NCBI GenBank assembly: GCA_002269645.1
Contig: NIVC01001446.1
Coordinates: 124,001-188,000 of the forward strand
Length of the DNA: 64,000 nt
From: Macrostomum lignano
Lineage: Eukaryota
Direction: 5' to 3'
Below, one piece after another: positions 1-11,873 of the stretch; position 1 is the stretch's first letter; each line of letters begins with the position of its first letter. Position numbers and translations under genes: made by a program. The notes under the pieces are model-generated. The model was given only the letters and a program-made list of their open reading frames with translations. It made no database searches and was not told where the DNA came from.

Positions 1-300
1 AGACCTGAAGGGAGACCTGAAGGGAGACCTGAAGGGAGACCTGAAGAGAACCTGATGAAGAGTACCTGAAGGGAGACCTGAAGGGAGACCTGAAGGGAGA
101 CCTGAAGGGAGACCTGAATGGAGACCTGAAGGGAGACCTGAAGAGAATCTGATGAAGAGTACCTGAAGGAAGACCTGAAGGGAGATCCGAAGGGAGACTC
201 TAAGGCCGAAGGGTGACCTTAAGAGGGACCTGAAGGAGGACCTGAGAGAGATCTGAAGGGAAATCTAAGTGGGAACCTGAAGGAAGCCACAGACTCCTGA
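1..300. repeat. 12-bp degenerate minisatellite (GACCTGAAGGGA)n, truncated by window edge
   Basis: Directly visible tandem units that decay after about 180; indels break every frame. Confidence 0.9.
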
Positions 301-1004
301 AGTATCAGAAACAGGCAACTTCTTAGCAATTAAATCAGCTTCGAACAGAATAAAAATTCTCACCAAAGCAGAATGCAGAGCGAGTTCATTTTTACACCTG
401 CATGAATTCGAAGAAATCCCGAGAAATCAAAGTATTTTTAGAAACTGTGCTTTATCGCAGGGATAAATAGCGAAGGTTCGCTCTGAAGGATGGGGAATAT
501 TATATATGAAGCTGGGGATCTGCAAGTTGCCCACTGGTTGGCTGGGGCGCTCCAACCGAAGTCCCTCCATTGAGAGTCCAATCAGCAACTGGAGGCTTTT
601 TTGAGTTCGAAATAAAATATAAGCCGAATTGATTTGGGATATTGGGATAAAAATGGGAGGTAAAGTAAATTGGGATGTTGGAAAATGCCCACACGGTTGG
701 GACTTGTCGAGGGCCAGAAATCCCGCGGCTTCAGGCATGGGAAATCAGCGCTGCATTGTACTTGTCCCCCAGCTGCCGCCGTGGGAATTCCGGCTGGAGA
801 AGCTGCCTTCTTATCTTCCTCAAGCTCCTTTGAGGAGCTTGTCGTGCCTGAGCTGTCAGGGAGTACTGGATGGAGAGTCTGGATGGCCACGGAGCTCTGG
901 CTGCGATAATTTCTCTAAATTCCCCATTTACACACAGAAGATGTACATTAAGATAGAAGATAGATATATTAGAAGACATAGATTAGATTAGATTAGAATG
1001 AAAT

Positions 1005-1824
<820 letters not shown>

Positions 1825-2176
1825 GCTTGCCAGTCCAGATGTTTAACCTGAGTAGTCCATGTCCCGGCCTTACCGTCTCGCCTTTAGCACTCCCGACTCT
1901 CTCAATAGAAACTCATTCTTGTAGATGAACGCTTGGCTTGTTTCTCAAGATTTTCACGGCGCGACTGGTGCAGAATCGGTCCGAAGGAAGGAAGGCACGC
2001 AACTTTTAGTGGCTTCTGCTCATGGACTGCTTTAAAAACTTTTCCTGTACTAGAAACCAAATATAGTTGGTAATAAAACGACACCCTTTGCCGGATGATT
2101 CATGGCTAGTAGCTGCAACGAAATTCAGCCGGTAGCTGGGAGGTGAAGCCCTCCCAAATCGGCTGGAGAAGCATTC

Positions 2177-2666
2177 GGCGCCCCTTAACAGTGTCTTTGG
2201 CGCCCCTTCACAGTGTCTTTGGCGCCCCTTAACAGTGTCTTTGGCGCCCCTTAACAGTGTCTTTGGCGCCCCTTAACAGTGTCTTTGGCGCCCCTTAACA
2301 GTGTCTTTGGCGCCCCTTCACAGTGTCTTTGGCGCCCCTTCACAGTGTCTTTGGCGCCCCTTCACAGTGTCTTTGGCGCCCCTTCACAGTGTCTTTGGCG
2401 CCCCTTCACAGTGTCTTTGGCGCCCCTTCACAGTGTCTTTGGCGCCCCTTAACAGTGTCTTTGGCGCCCCTTCACAGTGTCTTTGGCGCCCCTTAACAGT
2501 GTCTTTGGCGCCCCTTCACAGTGTCTTTGGCGCCCCTTAACAGTGTCTTTGGCGCCCCTTCACAGTGTCTTTGGCGCCCCTTCACAGTGTCTTTGGCGCC
2601 CCTTCACAGTGTCTTTGGCGCCCCTTCACAGTGTCTTTGGCGCCCCTTAACAGTGTCTTTGGCGCC
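2177..2666. repeat. 22-bp minisatellite GGCGCCCCTT(A/C)ACAGTGTCTTT, about 22 copies
   Basis: Near-perfect tandem units. Confidence 0.95.
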
Positions 2667-3434
2667 AATTCACTAGTAGTGGGTAATTTTTTATCTAAAA
2701 GAAACGCCACCCACTCATATGAGATGGCACCCAATAAAATGAAATGCCGCCCTCAAAGACCAAAAAAAAAATTTTTGGGTTAATTGAAATAAAACTATTC
2801 GAAGTTTTTCTGTGTGGCCTTTCCGCCAGTCCACCATAGATTTTCCAGAAGCCCATGGCTAAAGTCAAAGAAACGGTACTTGAGGTAATTTCATAGGCTT
2901 CTTTCCCGGACCTCCTTTTCTCCTCTTACTCATTCTCTCCCGTGAAGAGATTTTCCAGTGCTCAAGCAGCTTCAACCTGCGATCTTCTCAAATTCTGTTT
3001 CAAGCTCGAAAATTGGCAATGCGTTCAAAATCCCCCGAATTCGATTAATTTTAACCAATGTAATAAGAATTAGCGGTCTTCATACCACTATTAGTGAGCC
3101 CTAATCCTCCAAATCCTTGTGTCTTAATTGATCAATAATTCTCTCTATCACTTATAGCGATTTACAAGAGTTTTATATAGTTATACGCGCGGTCCAATGC
3201 TCGAACTCGCCATGACTTCCCAACCCCCCCTCCAGAGGGTGGACCTGTGTCTGATTAATTCTCGACAACATATTCAAGTCAAATGCAGTCCATATAAAAG
3301 TTGGATGAATAATTTGTATCAAAAACTATATAGTATAGCCATCATCAACATCAGTCTATTTCTTTCCAATTCAATTTAGCTTAAGCAGTCCGGAAACTAC
3401 TACAAGTACTATATTGGCAGAGTGCGAGCATTTT

Positions 3435-3989
3435 TTAGTATCGATGGGACCTCGGCCTGGTCGGGTATTTCTCTCCGTAGTAGCCGTAGCCGTAGCCATC
3501 GTTGCCATAGTAACCGTAGTAGCTATTGTCGTAATAATCGTTAGACTCGTCGCCATAGTAATCGTAGTCTTTATCGTAGCCGCGGTTGCGTCCTTTACTA
3601 TAGCTAGGCAGCTGGTCATAATAGATATAACCCTTGCCACCGTAGCCATTCGCATTACTTGTACTATAGTAACCATGGCCGCTTCTACCACCGCTACTGT
3701 AGCCCTTGCCGTAGCTCGGCAATTGGTCATAATAAACGTAGCCGCCGTTATTGCCTTTGCCTCGTCCATAGAGACCGTTGCTGCCAAGGTTGCCGTACTT
3801 ATAGCCGGATTGCACCACCTTGACTAGGCCGGTGGCCCCGGGGTGGAACAGGGAGGCCGTGGGCGAACGAACCGGTACGTACCGGATTTTGCTGCTGCTG
3901 CCCGAGCCAGCGTAGACTGTGGCCGCCGAGGCCAGCAATAATAACAGTACATCGAGTACTAGCTGGTGTCGTGCAAGGCTCGTCTTCAT
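3435..3989 (-). CDS. Secreted Gly/Tyr-rich protein (184 aa), eggshell/adhesive DOPA-precursor-like
   Basis: ATG at 3989 (the track's TTG start at 4001 is not needed). Hydrophobic signal peptide MKTSLARHQLVLDVLLLLLASAATVYA. About 33 Tyr, about 32 Gly and no Cys by hand count. Internal duplicate GY(V/I)YYDQLPSY(G/S)KG. TATA-like and Inr-like elements upstream. The function call is inference from composition. Confidence 0.8.
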   Translation of the reverse strand: MKTSLARHQLVLDVLLLLLASAATVYAGSGSSSKIRYVPVRSPTASLFHPGATGLVKVVQSGYKYGNLGSNGLYGRGKGNNGGYVYYDQLPSYGKGYSSGGRSGHGYYSTSNANGYGGKGYIYYDQLPSYSKGRNRGYDKDYDYYGDESNDYYDNSYYGYYGNDGYGYGYYGEKYPTRPRSHRY

Positions 3990-4062
3990 AGCCAGCCACA
4001 AGAGTACAGTTGAGTTAATTAGACGGAGGCTTCTAATCTAGTTCTCTCTAGTTAGGCAAGTT

Positions 4063-4097
4063 AGACTGGCTGCCCTGCAAGCGCCGGGTGTTTTATG
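4063..4097 (-). promoter_or_regulatory. Putative core promoter of the Gly/Tyr-rich gene
   Basis: CATAAAA at 4097-4091 lies 30 nt upstream of an Inr-like CCAGTCT (A at 4067). CCAAT motifs near 4205 and 4245. Confidence 0.45.
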
Positions 4098-4569
4098 ACT
4101 GCTTATCGATTTTATTAGTTCAGCTTTGGGGGTGGGGTGGGTCGGGCTGGGGGCAGGAGTAAAAGGGTGAACGGTTGGGGTGGGGGAGGGGTGCGACGTT
4201 CTGACCAATGAGGTTTCCTCTGGTCAGCTTATTACAACCAGCGCTGATTGGATGAAATCTTGCTGATATATTGGACATGTTAAGAAGAGTATACTCGTAC
4301 ATGCATGTATGTACGAATACTGTAAGTCGAGTCGTAAAACTCCGGCCCGCGAAGCCTCTCTATAAGGGTCTCGGGTCCTTTGAAACTTCACAATAGCAAT
4401 CCGGCTGCTCAAGGTTTGTCTCTTCTCAGCTTTTTTGTCTCCTCTCCTCTCTTATCTCCTCCATTCTCTCTACTTTTCTCTCTCATCTGGCTCGCAGCCA
4501 TGAGCTGGATTGTTACTAAGCAAAATTGCGTTAAGTTTATTCATTAGCCCAACTAGATATAATTGGAGT

Positions 4570-4786
4570 CATCCAGTCAGTCATCCAGTCAGTCAGTCAG
4601 TCAGTCAGTCAGTCAGTCAGTCAGTCAGTCAGTCAGTCAGTCAGTCAGTCAGTCAGTCAGTCAGTCAGTCAGTCAGTCAGTCAGTCAGTCAGTCAGTCAG
4701 TCAGTCAGTCAGTCAGTCAGTCAGTCAGTCAGTCAGTCAGTCAGTCAGTCAGTCAGTCAGTCAGTCAGTCAGTCAGTCAGTCAGTC
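4570..4786. repeat. (CAGT)n microsatellite
   Basis: About 54 perfect units. Confidence 0.97.
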
Positions 4787-5445
4787 AAGAGATTTAAGAG
4801 CTAAAAAATGCGCCCATACTTTCAAGTTGAACATGCCCTGCTGCCGGCATTGGCACAGGTTTAAAAATGCAAGTGGCTGTATTTGCAGGTAATTGAAGAA
4901 ATTCAAACAAAAGTAAAAAATACACAAAAAATTAAACAAGGGTAAACGTACCGGAAGAAAAAAATTATTGAAGAAAATTACCCTATCATGCGCTACGGGC
5001 ACTACTAAAAGTAATAACACTGCTAACCAAAGTTAACAGCAGACAACATGAAAACGGCGCAAGCTTCTACTCCAGCGTACTTCCAGAAAGTACAGTAAAG
5101 TACACGAATAGGGTACTAATGTATTGATATTATCTTATCAGTGGTAGGCTTGCTTGCTTAATTAATATTAAAAAATCAAACTTAAAATGCGCTCTTTCTC
5201 TCTCTTTTTCTCTCTCGCTTACCTTTAACCCCAGTTTTTAGTGCTCTTTCGTGATTTTGTTACTCCCCCTTTTGTATTTGACACCTTAGAAGGTACAACC
5301 GTTTATATATTGGTGGGCCAATGAAGCATCATTAAAACAAAAATGTGTAATGAATCAGACATCCATACGGTATTAAACAACAGAAAATACAGAATAACAA
5401 GAACAAGAAATACAGAAGCCATGCAGACACAGCAAAATTTGCTAT

Positions 5446-5451
5446 TTTATT
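5446..5451 (-). terminator. Putative polyadenylation signal of the Tudor gene
   Basis: AATAAA on the minus strand about 170 nt after the TGA at 5618. Confidence 0.45.
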
Positions 5452-5617
5452 AGAGTTCATAGCATTATAGCAGCACAAAGGCGGGCCAATTACTTCATGG
5501 TTAGTAAAGTCCATTACACGTCCATAAAGTCTCATAAAGAATTTCCATTACACGACACGGCCAATCAGCGTCTAGGAGCGCTAGGAGCGCGGGAAAAAAT
5601 CAGTCAAACAATGCAGC

Positions 5618-7487
5618 TCACTCCAGCAGAGTCGCAGCTCTATCGTCCAGCACCTCGGCGCGCCACCAGCCCTCCGGCTGACGCGGCGAAGTGAGCCGCA
5701 GTTGCAGGCCGCCGTCGTCCTCCTCGCCCAGGGCGATCAGCTTAGCGGCGCAGCCGTCAGCGAATCGGCGGCCAGCGGGCGGCCGCAGGCGACACTCGGC
5801 GGCCAGGGCTGGGACTCCGGCGGCCGAGACGGGCACTCGGCGAACCCGGAGCTCGTCGGCGGCTGAACCGAACGACTCGTTGCCGTAGTCGACAAAACGG
5901 ACTCGCAGCCGGCCTGCGGCATCGGCCGGCTCAACAATGCGAGCTCGGTACCAGTCCTCCTCGTACAGGGCGATGCAGGGCGTCCCGACAGTGAGCTCAG
6001 CTGCCGACAGCGCCGGCTGGTCAGCTGCCCGTTCCTGCAGCAGTTCGTGCAGCTCCTCCAGCCGCGTTTGCTCATCCACCCGCTGGGCAAACAGCGCCAG
6101 CTCCTCCGGCCCAATGCGACAGGCGTGGCAAACCAGGCCAACGAACTGCGGCGGAAAATTCCCTGCCGGGATGGTCGACTGCTCCTCGCTCTGCTGCTGC
6201 GGGCGGTCTGGCTGATTCTGTTGCTGCTGCTGCGGGCGGTCTGGCTGATTCTGTTGCTGCTGCTGCGGGCGGTCTGGCTGATTCTGTTGCTGCTGCTGCG
6301 GGCGGTCTGGCTGATTCTGTTGTTGCTGCTGCGGGAGCGTCTGATTCTGGGGCTGAAACTGGAAAGCAGACTGCAGCGTCTGCGGATTCTGCTGTTGCTG
6401 CTGCTGCTGCGGGAGCGTCTGATTCTGGGGCTGAAACTGGAAAGCAGACTGCAGCGTCTGCGGATTCTGCTGTTGCTGCTGCTGCTGCGGGAGCGTCTGA
6501 TTCTGGGGCTGAAACTGGAAAGCAGACTGCAGCGTCTGCGGATTCTGCTGTTGCTGCTGCTGCGGGAGCGTCTGATTCTGGGGCTGAAACTGGAAAGCAG
6601 ACTGCAGCGTCTGCGGATTCTGCTGTTGCTGCTGCTGCGGGAGCGTCTGATTCTGGGGCTGAAACTGGAAAGCAGACTGCAGCGTCTGCGGATTCTGCTG
6701 TTGCTGCTGCTGCTGCGGGAGCGTCTGATTCTGGGGCTGAAACTGGAAAGCAGACTGCAGCGTCTGCGGATTCTGCTGTTGCTGCTGCTGCGGGAGCGTC
6801 TGATTCTGGGGCTGAAACTGGAAAGCAGACTGTAGCGTCTGCGGATTCTGCTGTTGCTGTTGCTGCGCACTGCTCTCAGATGAGTTGCTCTGCCGCCTGC
6901 TAGATGGCGACTGCTGCTGCTGCTGGTCGCGCAGCTGACGCAGCCGGGTCAAGACGTCGCGCCCGTTGACCTCCAGCGCTACCTGGACGCCTGAGGCTCG
7001 CCAGCAGGTAAAAGTTACAATAGCCGGCCGGCCAATCAGCTTGCGCAGGCTGGCAATGACGCTGGGCCCGGCCAGCTCGCCTGGCTGCAGGTTGGCCAGC
7101 GAGCAGTGCAGGGCGCAGGGCGGCTGCTCGGCCAGACTGTCCGGCAGTGGCGCCAACAGGCTGCCTGGTAGACAGGCCAGTCTGCCAGTGTCTACCAGAC
7201 GGACCAGGTAGTGTCCACCGGACTCGCCCTGGCTGAGTACCAGAGCCCGGCGCCAGCAGGCGTCCCGCTGATCCATGGCCAGACAGGCGGAGTCCCGAGG
7301 GAAATTGTCCTCAGCATTGTCGGCCTGATCTCCGCCGCCCCGGCCGGGCCTGGCCGGAGGCCGGTAGCGACTGAGGCGATCCGCGATTCGCTTGGCAATG
7401 GCGGCGTCGCAGTCCATCAGGATGTGCAGCGAGGCGGCGTGGTCCGCGTGCAGCACGACGCAACTGTCGCGGCCTTTGACCGGCGTC
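5618..7487 (-). CDS. Multi-Tudor-domain protein, last exon (Tudor 4, Gln-rich repeat, Tudor 5)
   Basis: Extended Tudor motifs DSACLAMDQRDACWRRALV..VRLVDTG and GTPCIALYEEDWYRARIV..VRFVDYGNES. Acceptor TAAG|G at 7488/7487 completes the phase-2 codon AG|G from the 8725 donor. Confidence 0.88.
6190..6870 (-). repeat. Coding minisatellite: 7x Q(n)NPQTLQSAFQFQPQNQTLP plus 4x QQQQQNQPDRP
   Basis: Unit lengths vary only in multiples of 3 and the Tudor frame has no stop. Confidence 0.85.
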
Positions 7488-7527
7488 CTTAGCAACGGAT
7501 GAGGAAAATTAAAAATCTTTAAAACCC

Positions 7528-8545
7528 ATCAGCTACTTTCACATTTCTTAGCATTCTTGACAGCTACTTTCACATTTCTTAGCATTCTTGACAGCTACTT
7601 TCACATTTCTTAGCATTCTTGTCAGCTACTTTCACATTTCTTAGCATTCTTGACAGCTACTTTCACATTTCTTAGCATTCTTGTCAGCTACTTTCACATT
7701 TCTTAGCATTCTTGTCAGCTACTTTCACATTTCTTAGCATTCTTGTCAGCTACTTTCACATTTCTTAGCATTCTTGACAGCTGCTTTCACATTTCTTAGC
7801 ATTCTTGTCAGCTACTTTCACATTTCTTAGCATTCTTGTCAGCTACTTTCACATTTCTTAGCATTCTTGACAGCTGCTTTCACATTTCTTAGCATTCTTG
7901 TCAGCTACTTTCACATTTCTTAGCATTCTTGACAGCTGCTTTCACATTTCTTAGCATTCTTGTCAGCTACTTTCACATTTCTTAGCATTCTTGTCAGCTA
8001 CTTTCACATTTCTTAGCATTCTTGTCAGCTACTTTCACATTTCTTAGCATTCTTGTCAGCTACTTTCACATTTCTTAGCATTCTTGACAGCTGCTTTCAC
8101 ATTTCTTAGCATTCTTGTCAGCTACTTTCACATTTCTTAGCATTCTTGTCAGCTACTTTCACATTTCTTAGCATTCTTGTCAGCTACTTTCACATTTCTT
8201 AGCATTCTTGTCAGCTACTTTCACATTTCTTAGCATTCTTGACAGCTACTTTCACATTTCTTAGCATTCTTGTCAGCTACTTTCACATTTTTTTAGCATT
8301 CTTGACAGCTACTTTCACATCTCTTAGCATTCTTGTCAGCTACTTTCACATCTCTTAGCATTCTTGTCAGCTACTTTCACTTTTGTAGCATTCTCGTCAG
8401 CTACTTTCACATTTCTTAGCATTCTTGTCAGCTACTTTCACATTTCTTAGCATTCTTGTCAGCTACTTTCACATTTCTTAGCATTCTTGTCAGCTACTTT
8501 CACATTTTTTAGCATTCTTGTCAGCTACTTTCACATTTTTTTAGC
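7528..8545. repeat. 31-bp intronic minisatellite CAGCTACTTTCACATTTCTTAGCATTCTTG(T/A), about 33 copies
   Basis: Fills Tudor intron 7488-8724. Confidence 0.95.
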
Positions 8546-8724
8546 CAAGGACTACTCAAGTAGGATGGGAAACCTTGTTTCTTGGAAAATTTGAGGAGGC
8601 AGACCCAATATTCATCTTTTAATATGCTGTGCCAATAAGTAGCCCTATTGATATTCATAGAGCTTTTTGTTTAGAAAATTAGGGTTCTATATTTAATCAT
8701 TCTACGCACAATTAGCTAACCAAC

Positions 8725-10337
8725 CTGACAGGATAGGCCGCAGGCAGACCAACAGTCTCAGCTGTGGGCGAGTGCTTTTTACTATTCGAAGCCGGCTTCA
8801 GCGCGTGCAGCAGCTCGGGCAGCAGACTCAAATCGGGACTGAATGAGACCTCAACAGTGGAGCCTAGAGACACGGACACCACGGTCAGCCGGCCGCACTG
8901 CAACTGGCCGGTCGGAAAGTCGGCCTGTCCGAAGTTGGCTAGCCGAGCGGTGAGAGACCAGGCCGGGGTCGACGCGACAGTTCTCGGCGCAACAGTCAGC
9001 TCGGCCAGCTTGGCAACAACTTCAACTCCGTAGTCAACCAGCAGCAGTCGGCAGTGGGATTCTGGGCCGGCCCCGTCTGGCAGCTCCATCAGCAGGGTTG
9101 CCCGTCGAGCAGGAGCTGTCGGTGTCGCGGCCAGCATCACGGGGGTGCCAGCGGGCAGGGGCGGTGTGGCCGGGCTGACATCCTGGCCGGGCAGCTTGTC
9201 GGCCAGCCGGCGCAGATGCCGCCGGTCGTCTCGCAGTAAGAACCGGCCAGTGCCGGTGGCCGGGTCCAGCCAGCAGAGCAGGGCCGGCTGTGTCTGGCCG
9301 ACCTTCAGGCGGCTGGCGGCTGCATAGGGCGGGATTCCCGGCTCTAGCGGGCGCAGGTCAGCCAGCCAGATCAGCCGGTGCGCATCGGCAAGGCTGAGCA
9401 GATTGACTGAGACAGCGGCACCAACTGTTGAAACCTCCTTGGCTGCGGCCGACACCGGCCGGCAGGCGATGCAGAAGGGATCGAGCTTGGCCAGCGGGTG
9501 GTCAAGCGGCAGCGGCTCAAGGCTGGGGACGGCGGCCAAATCAACAACAGTGCAGCCAAAGTCCACCAGGCGGAGCAGGCGGCGAGAGACAGCGGCCGCC
9601 GAGGCTTCGAAGCGGATCCGGACGGGGCCGCGCTGGGGCAGGCGGGCAACGAATAGCACCTGCCTGACTGCGGCTGATGGCGGCGGCGGCGATGGCGGCG
9701 ACATGAGCGGAGCGGAGCGCAGGAAGGCGTCCAAGTCGGCGGCCAGCTGGTCGAGCTTGCGTCGATCGGAGCGCTTCAGCAGGTGCACCAGCAGCTGGCC
9801 ATCGTCGTCGGTCACGTGGCTAACATCGGCGGCGAACCAGGGATTGTCGCCATTGTCAGTGACAGCGGCAGCCGGTGAAGGCCGCTCTTCAGGTTGAACC
9901 CCGGACAGGCTGAGAAACCACGGATTGAGCTGCTCGCCCTGCTCCGAGCTCAGCTCAACGGGCACCGGAGTTTCAGCTGTCGCGGCCGGAAACTCCACCC
10001 ACAGCTTCACATCATCCGCTTCCTCGTCTGCGCCGGATTCGAGTTCGAGCATTCTTTCGGCTAGGCTCGAACTCGCGACCTCCGGCCAGGAGTTGCCGAG
10101 GCCGGCCAGGCGGCAGTGGACGGCCTGAGGCGGCATCCGGTCAGCCAGTTCGTCCGGCAGCGGCGTCAAATCGGCGGCACTGAATTTGAGCTGTTCGCCA
10201 AAGTCCAGGGTTTCAACGCTGACCGAGCTGAGGTAATTATTCGGCGGCAGGACTCGAGCCCGGTACGCCAGGCCGGTGTCGGGTTGGAAGGCGCACACCA
10301 GCCTGCCCGGCTGCAGGACCGGCTGAATCTCCACGTT
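8725..10337 (-). CDS. Multi-Tudor-domain protein, middle exon (Tudor 1 C-part, Tudor 2, Tudor 3)
   Basis: GRLVCAFQPDTGLAYRARV..ETLDFG, RLLRLVDFG and CRLLLVDYG Tudor cores. Acceptor CACAG|AAC (phase 0), donor CAG|GTTGGT (phase 2). Confidence 0.88.
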
Positions 10338-10371
10338 CTGTGCGCGGGGATCGAATACAATGGGATATTAT

Positions 10372-11640
10372 CCTATGAGATTCGCTGCTAATATTCGAGT
10401 TTTATCTCATGAGATTCGATGCTGATATTCGAGTTTTATCTCATGAGAATCGATACTGATATTCGAGTTTTATCTCATGAGATTCGATGCTGATATTCGA
10501 GTTTTATCTCATGAGAATCGATACTGATATTCGAGTCTTATCTCATGAGATTCACTGCTGATATTCGAGTTTTATCTCATGAGATTCGATGCTGATATTC
10601 GAGTTTTATCTCATGAGAATCGATACTGATATTCGAGTTTTATCTCATGAGAATCGATACTGATATTCGAGTCTTATCTCATGAGATTTGCTGCTGATAT
10701 TCAAGTTTTATCTCATGAGATTCGATGCTGATATTCGAGTTTTATCTCATGAGAATCGATACTGATATTCGAGTCTTATCTCATGAGATTCACTGCTGAT
10801 ATTCGAGTTTTATCTCATGATAATCGATGCTGATATTCGAGTTTTATCTCATGAGAATCGATACTGATATTCGAGTCTTATCTCATGAGATTCGATGCTG
10901 ATATTCGAGTTTTATCTCATGAGATTCGATGCTGATATTCGAGTTTTATCTCATGAGATTTGCTGCTGATATTCGAGCCTTATTTCATGAGAATCGATAC
11001 TGATATTCGAGTTTTATCTCATGAGATTTGCTGCTGATATTCGAGTTTTATCTCATGAGATTCGATGCTGATATTCGAGTTTTATCTCATGAGATTCGAT
11101 GCTGATATTCGAGTTTTATCTCATGAGAATCGATACTGATATTCGAGTCTTATCTCATGAGATTCACTGCTGATATTCGAGTTTAATCTCATGAGATTTG
11201 CTGCTGATATTCGAGTCTTATCTCATGAGATTAGCTGCTGATATTCGAGTCTTATCTCATGAGATTCACTGCTGATATTCGAGTTTTATCTCATGAGATT
11301 TGCTGCTGATATTCGAGTCTTATCTCATGAGATTCACTGCTGATATTAGAGTGTAATCTCATGAGATTTGCTGCTGATATTCGAGTCTTATCTCATGAGA
11401 TTCACTGCTGATATTAGAGTGTAATCTCATGAGATTTGCTGCTGATATTCGAGTCTTATCTCATGAGATTAGCTGCTGATATTCGAGTCTTATCTCATGA
11501 GATTAGCTGCTGATATTCGAGTCTTATCTCATGAGATTCACTGCTAATATTCGAGTTTTATCTCATGAGATTTGCTGCTGATATTCGAGTCTTATCTCAT
11601 GAGATTCACTGCTGATATTCGAGTCTTATCTCATGAGATT
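10372..11640. repeat. 34-bp intronic minisatellite TGATATTCGAGTTTTATCTCATGAGATTCGATGC, about 37 copies
   Basis: Fills Tudor intron 10338-11701. Most units carry the palindrome ATCTCATGAGAT. Confidence 0.95.
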
Positions 11641-11701
11641 GGCTGCAAGGAACTGAGTAAAAGAATTATATTACCACAGAATCACTCCAACAGTTCCATA
11701 C

Positions 11702-11873
11702 CTGCATTGATCGGTGGTGCTTAATAAGATCTTTAGTGAGCATTCGTAAGCCACTGCCGCCATCATCACGCAGTTGAACATGGAAACTACGTGGACTCTT
11801 AAAATTTGTACAGGCACATAAGTGCCGGCCAGTTGGAATTGTATTCATATTTGAGCAGACATTGAGAGGCCAA
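11702..11873 (-). CDS. Multi-Tudor-domain protein, upstream exon (N-terminal strands of extended Tudor 1)
   Basis: CACTNFKSPRSFHVQLRDD..LRMLTKDL matches the SPxxFxVQL segment that precedes Tudor cores. Acceptor TTTCAG|, donor CAG|GTATGG, in phase with 10337. Further 5' exons unresolved (candidates near 12088-12147 and 12732-12790). Confidence 0.78.

Noticed and set aside
427-991. Overlapping short ORFs at 427-991, and at 32433, 40706 and 43648
   Set aside because: No domain similarity, no consistent splice sites and no preferred frame.
5617-5622. Donor GA|GTGAGC overlapping the Tudor stop codon
   Set aside because: No convincing downstream exon, and AATAAA follows at 5446, so the TGA is taken as the real end.
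7528-8545. Hammerhead ribozyme in satellite DNA (CUGAC(A/G)A...GAAA on the minus strand; also CUGAGGA-UA-GAAA near 59710 and CUGAUGAG near 32415)
   Set aside because: No stem II or stems I/III can be formed around the core motifs; only one unit has CUGANGA.
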